This document shows positions 14,999 to 23,403 of a DNA stretch of 32,000 nt, piece after piece. The stretch is taken from positions 535,316 to 567,315 of the forward strand of contig NZ_CP034670.1 in assembly GCF_003990355.1 (NCBI RefSeq), given 5' to 3'. The position numbers were made by a program, and so were the translations under genes. The notes below the pieces were generated by a model that worked only from the letters and a program-made list of their open reading frames with translations, made no database searches and had not been told where the DNA came from. Numbering within the stretch: position 1 is the stretch's first letter; every line of letters begins with the position of its first letter. This DNA comes from Eikenella corrodens (lineage in GTDB: Bacteria; Pseudomonadota; Gammaproteobacteria; Burkholderiales; Neisseriaceae).

Positions 14999-15333
14999 TT
15001 GTGCCTCCTTAAAATTTCGTGCGTTTTCGCGCTGGAGAGCAGCACCAGCACGCTGCTGGCCACGGTGGCGGCGGCAATCGACCAAAAATCGTGCGCCACG
15101 ATGGAAAAATAATCCATCAGCGCCACGCAGGCCGGAATCATCAGCAGCATCATGTGTTGCATGAGGAATTCGGTCATCGGCTTAAACCAGGCCTCCTTCA
15201 CCCAACCGGCTTTGAGCAGGCCGAACAAAATCAGCAGCCCCACAATGCTGGCGGGCAGTTTGAGGTAGGTAAGGTGCAAAAACACTTCGCCTGCGGCCAG
15301 GCAGGCGAAAACAATAATAAGTGCGCGTAACAT
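14995..15333 (-). CDS. LrgA/CidA (YohJ) family holin-like membrane protein
   Basis: Start taken at MLRALIIVFACLAAGE (CAT at 15331-15333). 112 aa with four TM segments; collinear with E. coli YohJ and paired with the lrgB-like gene. Confidence 0.85.
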   Translation of the reverse strand: MLRALIIVFACLAAGEVFLHLTYLKLPASIVGLLILFGLLKAGWVKEAWFKPMTEFLMQHMMLLMIPACVALMDYFSIVAHDFWSIAAATVASSVLVLLSSAKTHEILRRHK

Positions 15334-15489
15334 GGTTACCGGCCTAAGATAGGTTGGAAAAGGAGAATTATAGCACCGGCGCGGTAAGGGGGAGTATGGC
15401 AAAGGGCTGCCTGCGATTTTTTCGGGCAGCCCTTTGCTTTTGTACGACATGCTTTGGCGATGCTTGATGGCAAGCTGCGTTTGCGCTGT

Positions 15490-15528
15490 TTCAGGTAGCC
15501 TTCATAAGCCAGCCAAAGGCTACCTGAA
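15490..15528. terminator. Inverted DUS pair downstream of nnrS
   Basis: TTCAGGTAGCCT (15490-15501) and AGGCTACCTGAA (15517-15528). A degenerate third copy lies at 15544-15555. Confidence 0.6.
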
Positions 15529-15560
15529 AAATGCCGATGCGGTTTCAGGTAGTCTGCCAC

Positions 15561-16754
15561 TCAGCCTTCCTTGCCGTCCACCCGCGGCGCGGTCAGCCAG
15601 GGCAGGTAGCGCCAGGTGTAGAGCAGCAGCGAAGCGGCAAACAGCAGGCCGGAGAGCCACAGGCCGGGCTGGTAGGCGGCGGGGAGCAGATACATCAATA
15701 CTGCGGTGGCGGCACGCGCCAATGCGGCGGCCACCATCAGCCAAAACGCCAGCGGCATGACGGCAGGTGCGGGATAGAGTGGCCGGCCGGTGTGCCCCAG
15801 CGCGGTGCGCACCATCATGCCCACCGTCATCAGCCCGATGCCGCCCACGGCCACCAAATGCACGCCCAGGCTCTGCCAGCGCGGCAGCCAATATCCCGCG
15901 CCCATCACGGTCAGCCCCGCGCCGGTGAGCAGGAAGCCCGCAAACAGAATCCACAGCATCGGCTCTTTAGCCACTTCCGGCCGCCACCAGCGCACGGTTT
16001 GCACGATATCCAGCAGCCCCGCCGCCATGCTGAGCACGGCTGCGGCAGCCAGCGCCGCATCGGCTGCCGAGGGTGGCAGCACCGCCTGCAAGCCGTAGAG
16101 CAGAGCCATAGCCAGCGGCACCACCAAGGAAGCCGTCATCACCAAAGGATGGCTGCCCACCTGCTCGCAGCCGAGCCGTTTGGCGGTGAAGAACGGAATC
16201 ACGCGCATCCCCACCAGCCCGATAAAGCCGGCCACCACGGAAAGCCCGGCAAACAGCCCGCCGGCGAGCGCGGAGAAATTATGCCGTGCCAGCTGCCAAT
16301 GAAACAGCGCCTGCAGCAGGCCGAACATAAACAGCGCGGCCACCGCCAGATAATTGCGCTTGTTGCGGCTGCGCACCACGGCCACGCCCATATACCAAGC
16401 CGCAAGCCAATAGAACGCCACGCCTGCGATGCCGCCGGCCAGGGTAAGCGGCGCGGCAAAGGCAAACGCGCGCGCCAACAGCCACAGCAGCGCCAGCATC
16501 ATCAGCGGCGCGCCCCAGGTGCGCGGCTGTTTCGTCCAAGTGGCCACTGCCGTGAGCAGGAAAGCCACCACCACCGCGCCGGCATAACCCCAAATCATTT
16601 CGTGGGCGTGCCAGAAATAATTGGGCAGCGCGGCCGTGCCCTGATAGCCGAAGCTCCACAGCAGGATGGAAAACGCGCCGTAGAGGGCGGCCAGCGGGTA
16701 GAAGGGGCGGAAGGCCATGCCCCAAACGGGATGGTTTTTGGAAAGCAGGTTCAT
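15561..16754 (-). CDS. nnrS: NnrS-family heme/copper membrane protein (NO-stress associated)
   Basis: 397 aa with about 12 TM segments. The N-terminal HPVWGMAFRPFYPLAALYG motif and overall topology are typical of NnrS. Confidence 0.75.
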   Translation of the reverse strand: MNLLSKNHPVWGMAFRPFYPLAALYGAFSILLWSFGYQGTAALPNYFWHAHEMIWGYAGAVVVAFLLTAVATWTKQPRTWGAPLMMLALLWLLARAFAFAAPLTLAGGIAGVAFYWLAAWYMGVAVVRSRNKRNYLAVAALFMFGLLQALFHWQLARHNFSALAGGLFAGLSVVAGFIGLVGMRVIPFFTAKRLGCEQVGSHPLVMTASLVVPLAMALLYGLQAVLPPSAADAALAAAAVLSMAAGLLDIVQTVRWWRPEVAKEPMLWILFAGFLLTGAGLTVMGAGYWLPRWQSLGVHLVAVGGIGLMTVGMMVRTALGHTGRPLYPAPAVMPLAFWLMVAAALARAATAVLMYLLPAAYQPGLWLSGLLFAASLLLYTWRYLPWLTAPRVDGKEG

Positions 16755-16793
16755 GATGTGTCGATTATTGGTTGGGATGAAGGTTAAACGGAG

Positions 16794-16829
16794 AGGCTAC
16801 CTGAAAAACGGCAGGCTTTCAGGTAGCCC
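16794..16829. repeat. Inverted DUS pair
   Basis: AGGCTACCTGAA (16794-16805) and TTCAGGTAGCCC (16818-16829), between nnrS and maf. Confidence 0.8.
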
Positions 16830-16852
16830 TTAAATCATGCGGCAATACGGTT

Positions 16853-17461
16853 TCAGGCAGCTCCGGCAAACGGCGGCACGGGCGAACCCAATTGGCGCAG
16901 CAGCTGCACGGTTTCAAATACGGGCAGCCCCATCACGCCGCTGAAGCTGCCGGAAAGGTGCGCCACAAACACGCCGCCGATGCCTTGGATGCCGTATGCG
17001 CCCGCTTTATCCAGCGGTTCGCCGCTGGCAATATAGGCTGCGATTTCCTGCTCGCCCAGTTCTTTAAACCGCACATCGCTGCGCTGTGCCGCCTCCAGCG
17101 TTTGGCCGCCGAGTGACACGCACACCGCCGTCCACACTTGGTGTTCGCGCCCGGAAAGGCTTTCCAGCAGCTCGCGGGCGTGTGCCGCATCGCGTGGTTT
17201 GCCCAAAATGGCATTATCCAGCGCCACCACTGTGTCGGCGCTCAACAGCGGCTGTGCCAAGGCAAGGCCGCGTTGCGCCGCCAGTTGCCGTGCTGCCGCG
17301 TTTTTCTGCCGCGCCATCCGCGCCACATAATCCGCCACCGCCTCGCCCGGCAGCGCCGTTTCGTCGATTTCCGCCGCCAGCAGCACGGGCTGGAAACCTA
17401 ATGAAACCAAAATTTCGCGGCGGCGCGGGCTGGCCGAGGCCAGATAGATGGTGTGGGGCAT
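16853..17461 (-). CDS. maf: Maf-family nucleoside triphosphate pyrophosphatase
   Basis: 202 aa with IYLASASPRRREIL, EIDE, SADTVV and DKAGAYGIQG motifs. Confidence 0.9.
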   Translation of the reverse strand: MPHTIYLASASPRRREILVSLGFQPVLLAAEIDETALPGEAVADYVARMARQKNAAARQLAAQRGLALAQPLLSADTVVALDNAILGKPRDAAHARELLESLSGREHQVWTAVCVSLGGQTLEAAQRSDVRFKELGEQEIAAYIASGEPLDKAGAYGIQGIGGVFVAHLSGSFSGVMGLPVFETVQLLRQLGSPVPPFAGAA

Positions 17462-17493
17462 GGCGTTTCTTTACATAGCTGCGGAAGCCGCCA

Positions 17494-17505
17494 AGGCTAC
17501 CTGAA
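17494..17505 (+). repeat. DUS AGGCTACCTGAA
   Basis: Exact 12-mer in the maf-dnaJ intergenic region. Confidence 0.85.
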
Positions 17506-17682
17506 AATCCCGTTTTCCGCGATAGCTAAAACGGGTGAATTTGCGCGGGCGGGGCGTTGTGGCGGATTCCCGCCTTGCGCCGCCCGCAGCCGGAAGCAAA
17601 GTTAATCTGCTTGAGAGCTTGTTTTTCCCGCTCCCGCCCTAATCTTGCGCGGCGAGCTGTTTATTTACCCAATTTAGCAAAA

Positions 17683-18804
17683 ATGAGCGATCAAGACTAC
17701 TATCAAACCCTCGGCGTCTCCCGCGATGCCTCCGATGAAGAAATCAAAAAGGCCTACCGCAAGCTGGCGATGAAATACCATCCCGACCGCAACCCCGACA
17801 ACAAGGAAGCGGAAGAGAAATTCAAAACCATCCAAAAAGCCTACGAAATCCTTTCCGACCGCGAAAAACGCAGCCGCTACGACCAATTCGGCCAAGCCGG
17901 TGTAGACGGCAATGCCGGCGGTTTCGGTGGTTTCGGCGGCGCGGGCGGCTTCGATTTCGGCGATATTTTCAGCCAGATGTTCGGCGGCGGCGGGGCGCGC
18001 CAGCAGAACTTCCAAGGCGAAGATTTGCGCTACGATATTGAAATCACGCTGGAAGAAGCCGCAGCGGGCAGCAAAAAACGCATCACCATCCCCTCGCACG
18101 AAGAGTGCGACATCTGCCACGGCTCTGGCGCCAAACCCGGCACCTCGGCCACCACCTGTTCCACCTGCCACGGCTCGGGCGTGGTACACGTGCGCCAGGC
18201 CATTTTCCAGCTGCAGCAAACCTGCCCCACCTGCGGCGGCTCCGGCCGCGAAATCAAAGAGCCGTGCGTCAAATGCCACGGCGCAGGCCGCGTGAAGAGC
18301 CGCAAAACGCTGGATGTGAACATCCCCGCCGGTATTGAAAACGAGCAGCCCATCCGCCTCTCCGGCGAGGGCGAGCCCGGCTCGCACGGCGCGCCCGCGG
18401 GCGATTTGTATGTGGTGGTGCACATCCGCCGCCACGAAATCTTCGAGCGCAACGGCTTGGATCTGCACTGCGAATTGCCGGTGAGCTTCACCGTTGCCGC
18501 GCTGGGCGGCGAAGTGGAAGTGCCCACGCTCAACGGCCGCGTGAAGCTGAATATCCCGAAAGAAACCCAAACCGGCCGCCGCATGCGCGTGAAAGGCAAG
18601 GGCATGAAATCGCTGCGTTCTTCCTCGATGGGCGATTTGTATTGCCACATCGTGGTTGAGACCCCGGTCAACCTCACCGATCGCCAGCGCGAACTGCTGG
18701 AAGAGTTTGAAAAAATCTCCACCGGCCTCGACCGCGCCCAAACCCCGCGCCAGAAATCGTTTATGGACAAACTGCGCGATTTGAAAAACGATCTGTTCGA
18801 CTAA
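17683..18804 (+). CDS. dnaJ: Molecular chaperone DnaJ
   Basis: Start taken at [12 protein letters not shown] (ATG 17683). J domain with HPD, a G/F-rich region, four CxxCxGxG zinc-finger repeats and a C-terminal domain; 373 aa. Confidence 0.95.
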   Translation: MSDQDYYQTLGVSRDASDEEIKKAYRKLAMKYHPDRNPDNKEAEEKFKTIQKAYEILSDREKRSRYDQFGQAGVDGNAGGFGGFGGAGGFDFGDIFSQMFGGGGARQQNFQGEDLRYDIEITLEEAAAGSKKRITIPSHEECDICHGSGAKPGTSATTCSTCHGSGVVHVRQAIFQLQQTCPTCGGSGREIKEPCVKCHGAGRVKSRKTLDVNIPAGIENEQPIRLSGEGEPGSHGAPAGDLYVVVHIRRHEIFERNGLDLHCELPVSFTVAALGGEVEVPTLNGRVKLNIPKETQTGRRMRVKGKGMKSLRSSSMGDLYCHIVVETPVNLTDRQRELLEEFEKISTGLDRAQTPRQKSFMDKLRDLKNDLFD

Positions 18805-18825
18805 GGCGGCAGCCCGCCGCACAAA

Positions 18826-18863
18826 AGGCTACCTGAAACCCGTTAGGGCGTTTCGGGTAGCCT
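18826..18863. terminator. dnaJ terminator: DUS plus degenerate inverted copy
   Basis: AGGCTACCTGAA (18826-18837) and TTCGGGTAGCCT (18852-18863, one mismatch), followed by TTGCTTT. Confidence 0.6.
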
Positions 18864-18869
18864 TTGCTT

Positions 18870-18971
18870 TATAGTGGATTAACAAAAATCAGGATCAGGC
18901 GGCGAGCCGCAGGCAGCACACACGTTACGGCAAGACGGGCCCGCCGTACTGGTTTTTGTTCATCCACTATA
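18870..18971 (-). repeat. Correia-like MITE (~102 bp), inverted relative to the copy at 2011-2114
   Basis: TATAGTGGATTAACAAAAATCAGGA...GTACTGGTTTTTGTTCATCCACTATA. Its reverse complement aligns along its whole length with 2011-2114. Confidence 0.8.
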
Positions 18972-19008
18972 ATGGCGCAACGTCGTCTTGCCGTTCCCCC
19001 ATAGCAAA

Positions 19009-19051
19009 AGGCTACCTGAAAGCTTTGCCGCGTTGCATTTTCAGGTAGCCT
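19009..19051. terminator. Inverted DUS pair downstream of sstT
   Basis: AGGCTACCTGAA (19009-19020) and TTCAGGTAGCCT (19040-19051), followed by TTTTT. Confidence 0.7.
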
Positions 19052-19073
19052 TTTTTAGCCCGCAAGATGGGGG

Positions 19074-20315
19074 TCAGCGTTTGTGCGCTTGATCCACGGC
19101 GGCGGTGAAGAGCACGTCGGTGGAGGAGTTGAGGGCGGTTTCGGCGGAGTCTTGGATGACGCCGATGATGAAGCCCACACCCACCACCTGCATGGCGATG
19201 TCGTTGGGGATGTTGAACAGGCTGCAAGCCATGGGAATCAGCAGCAGCGAGCCGCCGGCCACGCCGGATGCGCCGCAGGCGCCGATGGCGGCGATCACGC
19301 TCAGCAGCAGCGCCGTCCAGAAATCCACGGCGATGCCCAAGGTGTGCACCGCGGCCATGGTGAGGACGGTGATGGTGATGGCCGCGCCGGCCATGTTGAT
19401 GGTGGCGCCCAGCGGGATGGATACGGAATAAGTGTCTTCATGCAGGCCGAGTTTTTTCGCCAAAGCCATGTTTACGGGGATGTTGGCGGCGGAAGAGCGG
19501 GTGAAGAAGGCGGTTACGCCGCTTTCGCGCAGGCAGGTGAACACCAGCGGGAAAGGGTTGCGGCGGGTTTGGGTAAACACGATGATGGGGTTTACCACCA
19601 GTGCCACAAACAGCATCGCGCCCAGCAATACGGCCAACAGGTGCAGATAGAAGCCCAGTTTGTCGAAGCCTTCTTTCACGATGGTAACCAGCACCAGCCC
19701 GAAAATGCCCAAGGGGGCGAAGCGGATCACGCCGCGCACCACTTTGGAAATGGCTTCGGCCACGTCGTTGATCAGCGTGCGGGTGTGCTCGCTGGCTTGG
19801 CGGAACGCCGTGCCGAGCACCAAGGCCCAGGCGAGGATGCCGATGTAGTTGGCATCGGCCAGCGCCTGAATCGGGTTGGACACCAGGTTCATCAACAGGT
19901 GGCGCATCACTTCGCCGATGCCGGTGGGCGCTTCGTTGCTGGCCGCTTCCACGCCGCTGAGCAAGAGCTGCGAGGGGAACAGGAAGCTTGCGCCCACAGC
20001 CACCACGGCGGCGGCAAACGTGCCCACCAAATACAGCACCAAAATCGGGCGGATATTGGTGGGGTTGCCGCTGCGGTGCTGAGAGATGGCGGCGGTAACC
20101 AAGGCAAACACCAAAATCGGCGCCACCGCTTTGAGCGCGCCCACAAACAGGCTGCCCAAAATCGCACCGATTTCCACCACCGCGTCGGCAGCGGCGGTGT
20201 TGCGCACCAGTACGCCCACCAAAATGCCGAGCGCGAGGCCGATGGCAATCTGCGTTACCAGCCCTAAGCTGGTGAAAAAGCCGAACGGGCTTTTTCTTTG
20301 AGTATTGTTTTGCAT
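19074..20315 (-). CDS. sstT: Serine/threonine:sodium symporter SstT
   Basis: Start taken at [12 protein letters not shown] (CAT at 20313-20315, RBS AGGA). Near-collinear with E. coli SstT ([68 protein letters not shown]). Confidence 0.95.
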   Translation of the reverse strand: MQNNTQRKSPFGFFTSLGLVTQIAIGLALGILVGVLVRNTAAADAVVEIGAILGSLFVGALKAVAPILVFALVTAAISQHRSGNPTNIRPILVLYLVGTFAAAVVAVGASFLFPSQLLLSGVEAASNEAPTGIGEVMRHLLMNLVSNPIQALADANYIGILAWALVLGTAFRQASEHTRTLINDVAEAISKVVRGVIRFAPLGIFGLVLVTIVKEGFDKLGFYLHLLAVLLGAMLFVALVVNPIIVFTQTRRNPFPLVFTCLRESGVTAFFTRSSAANIPVNMALAKKLGLHEDTYSVSIPLGATINMAGAAITITVLTMAAVHTLGIAVDFWTALLLSVIAAIGACGASGVAGGSLLLIPMACSLFNIPNDIAMQVVGVGFIIGVIQDSAETALNSSTDVLFTAAVDQAHKR

Positions 20316-20496
20316 AGGAAATCCTAGGTTGTGTGGTTGTGTTTTGGCCGAAGTGCTTTGCACGCGGTGCGCCAGCCTGCTTCGGCCGTGGTTCGGGGCG
20401 GAAAAGACTTCAGTCTAACAGAAACGAACGTATCGGCACAAATATTTACTGACGGCATATCCGCACACAAACTGCCTGCGGCGGGCGGGCAGGTTT

Positions 20497-20531
20497 TTCA
20501 GGTAGCCTTGGTGCGGATAGGGCTACCTGAA
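20497..20531. repeat. Inverted DUS pair
   Basis: TTCAGGTAGCCT (20497-20508) and GGGCTACCTGAA (20520-20531). Confidence 0.8.
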
Positions 20532-20620
20532 ACACACAACAACAAGCCGTTGGGTAATCAGCCTCCAACCATCCCTTGCAGGCGGCATTGGCAGGCCGGG
20601 TTTCTTTTGCCTGCCTTTAC

Positions 20621-21478
20621 TAGACCTCTTGCGAAAGTATCCTGAAGATTTACAATTCCCAAATGAAATACGAAAACCTCATCCAAAGAAGCGATAGCGA
20701 ATTCAAACGGCTCACAGGTGTAACGCCCGTCCTTTTTCACGAAATGCTGCAAGTCACCACAGAAGCAGAAAGCCGGAAGGTCAAGTCAGGCAGGCCGCAT
20801 ACGCTCGGTTTGGCAGACCAACTGCTGCTTACCCTAAGCTATCTGCGCCATTACCATACCCAACTCGAATTGGCCGCCATCTACGGCCTTTCCGAAAGCA
20901 ATGTCTGCCGCACCATCCGTAAAACCGAGGACGCCCTCATCCGTTGCAAACGCTTCTCCCTGCCAAAGCACAAGAATCCGGGCGACCAAACGGTCATCAT
21001 TGACGTTACCGAAAGCCCGATTGAACGTCCCAAAAAAACAGCGGCAGTATTACAGCGGCAAGAAAAGGCGGCACACGGTTAAAATCCGGGTCATATACGG
21101 CAGGGAAACGGAAAAAATCATCAGCATCCGGACGGGGATGGGTGCCCGGCATGACATGCGTTTAGCCAAGAGGCACCTTGCAGAGCTTTATCCCTACAAA
21201 ATAGTCATTGCGGATAAGGGTTATCAAGGATTGGCCAAAACCGGATTACAGACCCCGAAAAAGAAATCCAAACGTCATCCGCCGGACAAACAGGATAAAG
21301 AGGCGAACAGGCGGTTAGGCAAACTCAGAACCGTCATCGAGCACATCAACAGGAAACTGAAGATATTCAAAATATTGTCGCTGCCTTACCGCAACAGGCG
21401 GAAACGGTTCGGGTTAAGGGCAAATCTGATTGCAGGACTGGTTAATGCGATGGGATGAATATTTTCGCAAGAGGTCTA
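20621..21478 (+). mobile_element. IS5-like (DDE_Tnp_4 / HTH_Tnp_4 type) insertion sequence, ~0.86 kb
   Basis: 20-bp inverted repeats TAGACCTCTTGCGAAAGTAT (20621-20640) and ATATTTTCGCAAGAGGTCTA (21459-21478), with one mismatch. TACTA occurs at both boundaries (20618-22, 21477-81), overlapping the terminal TA. Confidence 0.8.
20663..21458 (+). pseudogene. IS5-like transposase split into two frames at an A7 tract
   Basis: The frame-A ORF (20663-21082) encodes the HTH region (GRPHTLGLADQLLLTLSYLRHYHTQLELAAIYGLSESNVCRTI...IIDVTESPIERPKK). The frame-B ORF (to 21458) continues with QRQYYSGKKRRHTVK...IADKGYQG...IEHINRKLK. They join only by a +1 shift at AAAAAAA (21032-21038). Confidence 0.6.
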
Positions 21479-21561
21479 CTATAAAAGATAAGGCAAAAAT
21501 GCTAATATGCCGCCGTTTGCCGCCACACACCGGCTTGATGTTTATCGATTGCAGATTGCCC

Positions 21562-23403
21562 ATGAAAACCCCTCTGTTCCCCCTTGCCGTGATTGCCGCC
21601 CTGCTGCTGAGCCTGCCCGCCCGTGCCGACGGCAAGGTTGGGGAGGCGGCTGCCGATCCGGTGCAGAAACGTAAAGAAAAAGAATCGATCGAGCAGCCCG
21701 CCACGGCCAATCCGGACAAACTACCTTTCCCCATTTTCATTGATGCGCCTGCCGATTTGGCCGCACTTTTGCGCGAGCATCTTTCCATCATCAACCGCCA
21801 AACCGAGCCGGATGCCGACGTCGACCAAGAACAAATGCAGTTTTTGGCCGAGGAAGCGCCGGACGAAATCAAACAGATTGTGCGTTCGCAAGGCTATTTC
21901 CGTGCCGATATTCAGGTAGCCCCGCACGGCCGCGGCTGGCGCATCACGGTGAAGCCTGGGCCGCGCACGCAGGTGAGCGATGTGGAAGTGTCGATTGTGG
22001 GCAAAGTTCTGGAAGATACCGATTTGGCCGCCTACTACAAACGCGCCATGGCCAACTGGGCCTTGCCGGTGGGCCAGCCGTTTGTGAACAGCGAGTGGAG
22101 CAGCAGCAAAGACTCGGTGCTTTCCGCCGTGCGCCGCTACAAATACCCGCTGGCCGCGCTCGCCGACAGCCGCGCCACCATCAACCCGCAAACCAGCCAA
22201 GCCGTGCTCTCCGTGAGCGTAGACAGCAAACAGCCGGTGTATTTCGGTGATATCCAAGTGAGCGGCAACGAGCGTTACCCTGCCTCGGTGATTACCGGAA
22301 TGGCGCAGTTTAAGCCCGGCGAACCCTACGATTTCGACAAAATTCTGGATTACCAGCAGGCGCTGGAACAAGACAGCCACTACAGCCGCGCGCAGGTGGA
22401 GGCCGATTTCTCCAAAATGGCGGACGACCGCGTGCCGCTGCTGGTGTCGGTGAGCGAAGTGCCGCGCCAGAAATTCGATATCGGCCTGCGCTACGATTCC
22501 AAAGACGGCCCCGGCATCCGCCTGGGCTACGAACACTACAACGTATTCAACCGGGGCTATGTGTTTGCCGGCGCCACCGACGTGAACCGCTACGAAAAAA
22601 GCGCCAGTATCGGCCTGAGCCAGCCGCGCAACAGCAACGGCTGGTATTGGACGGGCAACATCGCCTATGACAACTCCATCACGCAGAAACTGGATAAAAG
22701 CACCCTCCAATCCGGCATCTGGCGCGTGCGCGACCGAGACGACATCGAGGCGCGCTTCGGGTTGGAATACATCACTGAATCGCGTCGTGTTGTGGGCGGC
22801 CCCGACTTCGGCCGCAGTAATGTGCTGATGCTCACCGCCGCCTGGCGCCGCCAGAACATCGAAACCCTGCTGCGCCCGGCCAACGGCTATTATTTGGAAG
22901 GCAAAGTAGGCGCCACCCTCGGCTCGCTCGGCTCTTCCGCCGCCGTGCAGCGCGTACATGGCCGCGCAGGCTACTATTTCACCCCCGAAGAACACAAAAA
23001 TATCGGCACTTTCATCGTGCGCGGCGAGTTGGGCTACACCCATTCCGACCAAGATTCGGAAGTGCCCTCCGTATTGCTGTTCCGCAGCGGCGGCGCCAAC
23101 AGCGTGCGCGGCTACGAGCAAGACAGTATCGGCCTGAAAGGCCCGAACAATTCCGTGCTGCCCGACCGCGCCTTGGCCGTAGCCAGCTTCGAATACCAAA
23201 AACCGATCGGCAAAAACTTCGCGCTGGCGCTGTTTCACGATATGGGCTCGGTGAGCCACAACTTCACCAATATCAATTGGCATCACGGCAGCGGCGTCGG
23301 CCTGCGCTGGTTTAGCCCGATTGCCCCCTTCTCCTTCGATTTGGCCTACGGCCACCAAGACCGCAAACTGCGCTGGCACATCAGCCTGGGAACCCGATTC
23401 TAA
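21562..23403 (+). CDS. tamA: Translocation and assembly module outer-membrane subunit TamA (Omp85 family)
   Basis: Start taken at MKTPLFPLAVIAALLLSLPARA (signal peptide). POTRA-like N-terminal region and an Omp85/surface-antigen beta-barrel ending in ...HISLGTRF. Immediately followed by tamB. Confidence 0.88.
   Translation: MKTPLFPLAVIAALLLSLPARADGKVGEAAADPVQKRKEKESIEQPATANPDKLPFPIFIDAPADLAALLREHLSIINRQTEPDADVDQEQMQFLAEEAPDEIKQIVRSQGYFRADIQVAPHGRGWRITVKPGPRTQVSDVEVSIVGKVLEDTDLAAYYKRAMANWALPVGQPFVNSEWSSSKDSVLSAVRRYKYPLAALADSRATINPQTSQAVLSVSVDSKQPVYFGDIQVSGNERYPASVITGMAQFKPGEPYDFDKILDYQQALEQDSHYSRAQVEADFSKMADDRVPLLVSVSEVPRQKFDIGLRYDSKDGPGIRLGYEHYNVFNRGYVFAGATDVNRYEKSASIGLSQPRNSNGWYWTGNIAYDNSITQKLDKSTLQSGIWRVRDRDDIEARFGLEYITESRRVVGGPDFGRSNVLMLTAAWRRQNIETLLRPANGYYLEGKVGATLGSLGSSAAVQRVHGRAGYYFTPEEHKNIGTFIVRGELGYTHSDQDSEVPSVLLFRSGGANSVRGYEQDSIGLKGPNNSVLPDRALAVASFEYQKPIGKNFALALFHDMGSVSHNFTNINWHHGSGVGLRWFSPIAPFSFDLAYGHQDRKLRWHISLGTRF

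Noticed and set aside
14303-15333. The holin-like LrgA/LrgB pair directly next to the prophage could have been a phage lysis module.
   Set aside because: The pair lies outside the right-hand repeat. It has host-like GC, carries a host DUS and resembles the widespread chromosomal yohJK/lrgAB pair. Filamentous phages also do not lyse their hosts.
17610-17645. Possible sigma-32 heat-shock promoter upstream of dnaJ (CTTGAGA ... CCCGCCCTAAT).
   Set aside because: The -10-like part matches the CCCCATNT consensus poorly and the spacing is ambiguous, so I cannot support it from sequence alone.
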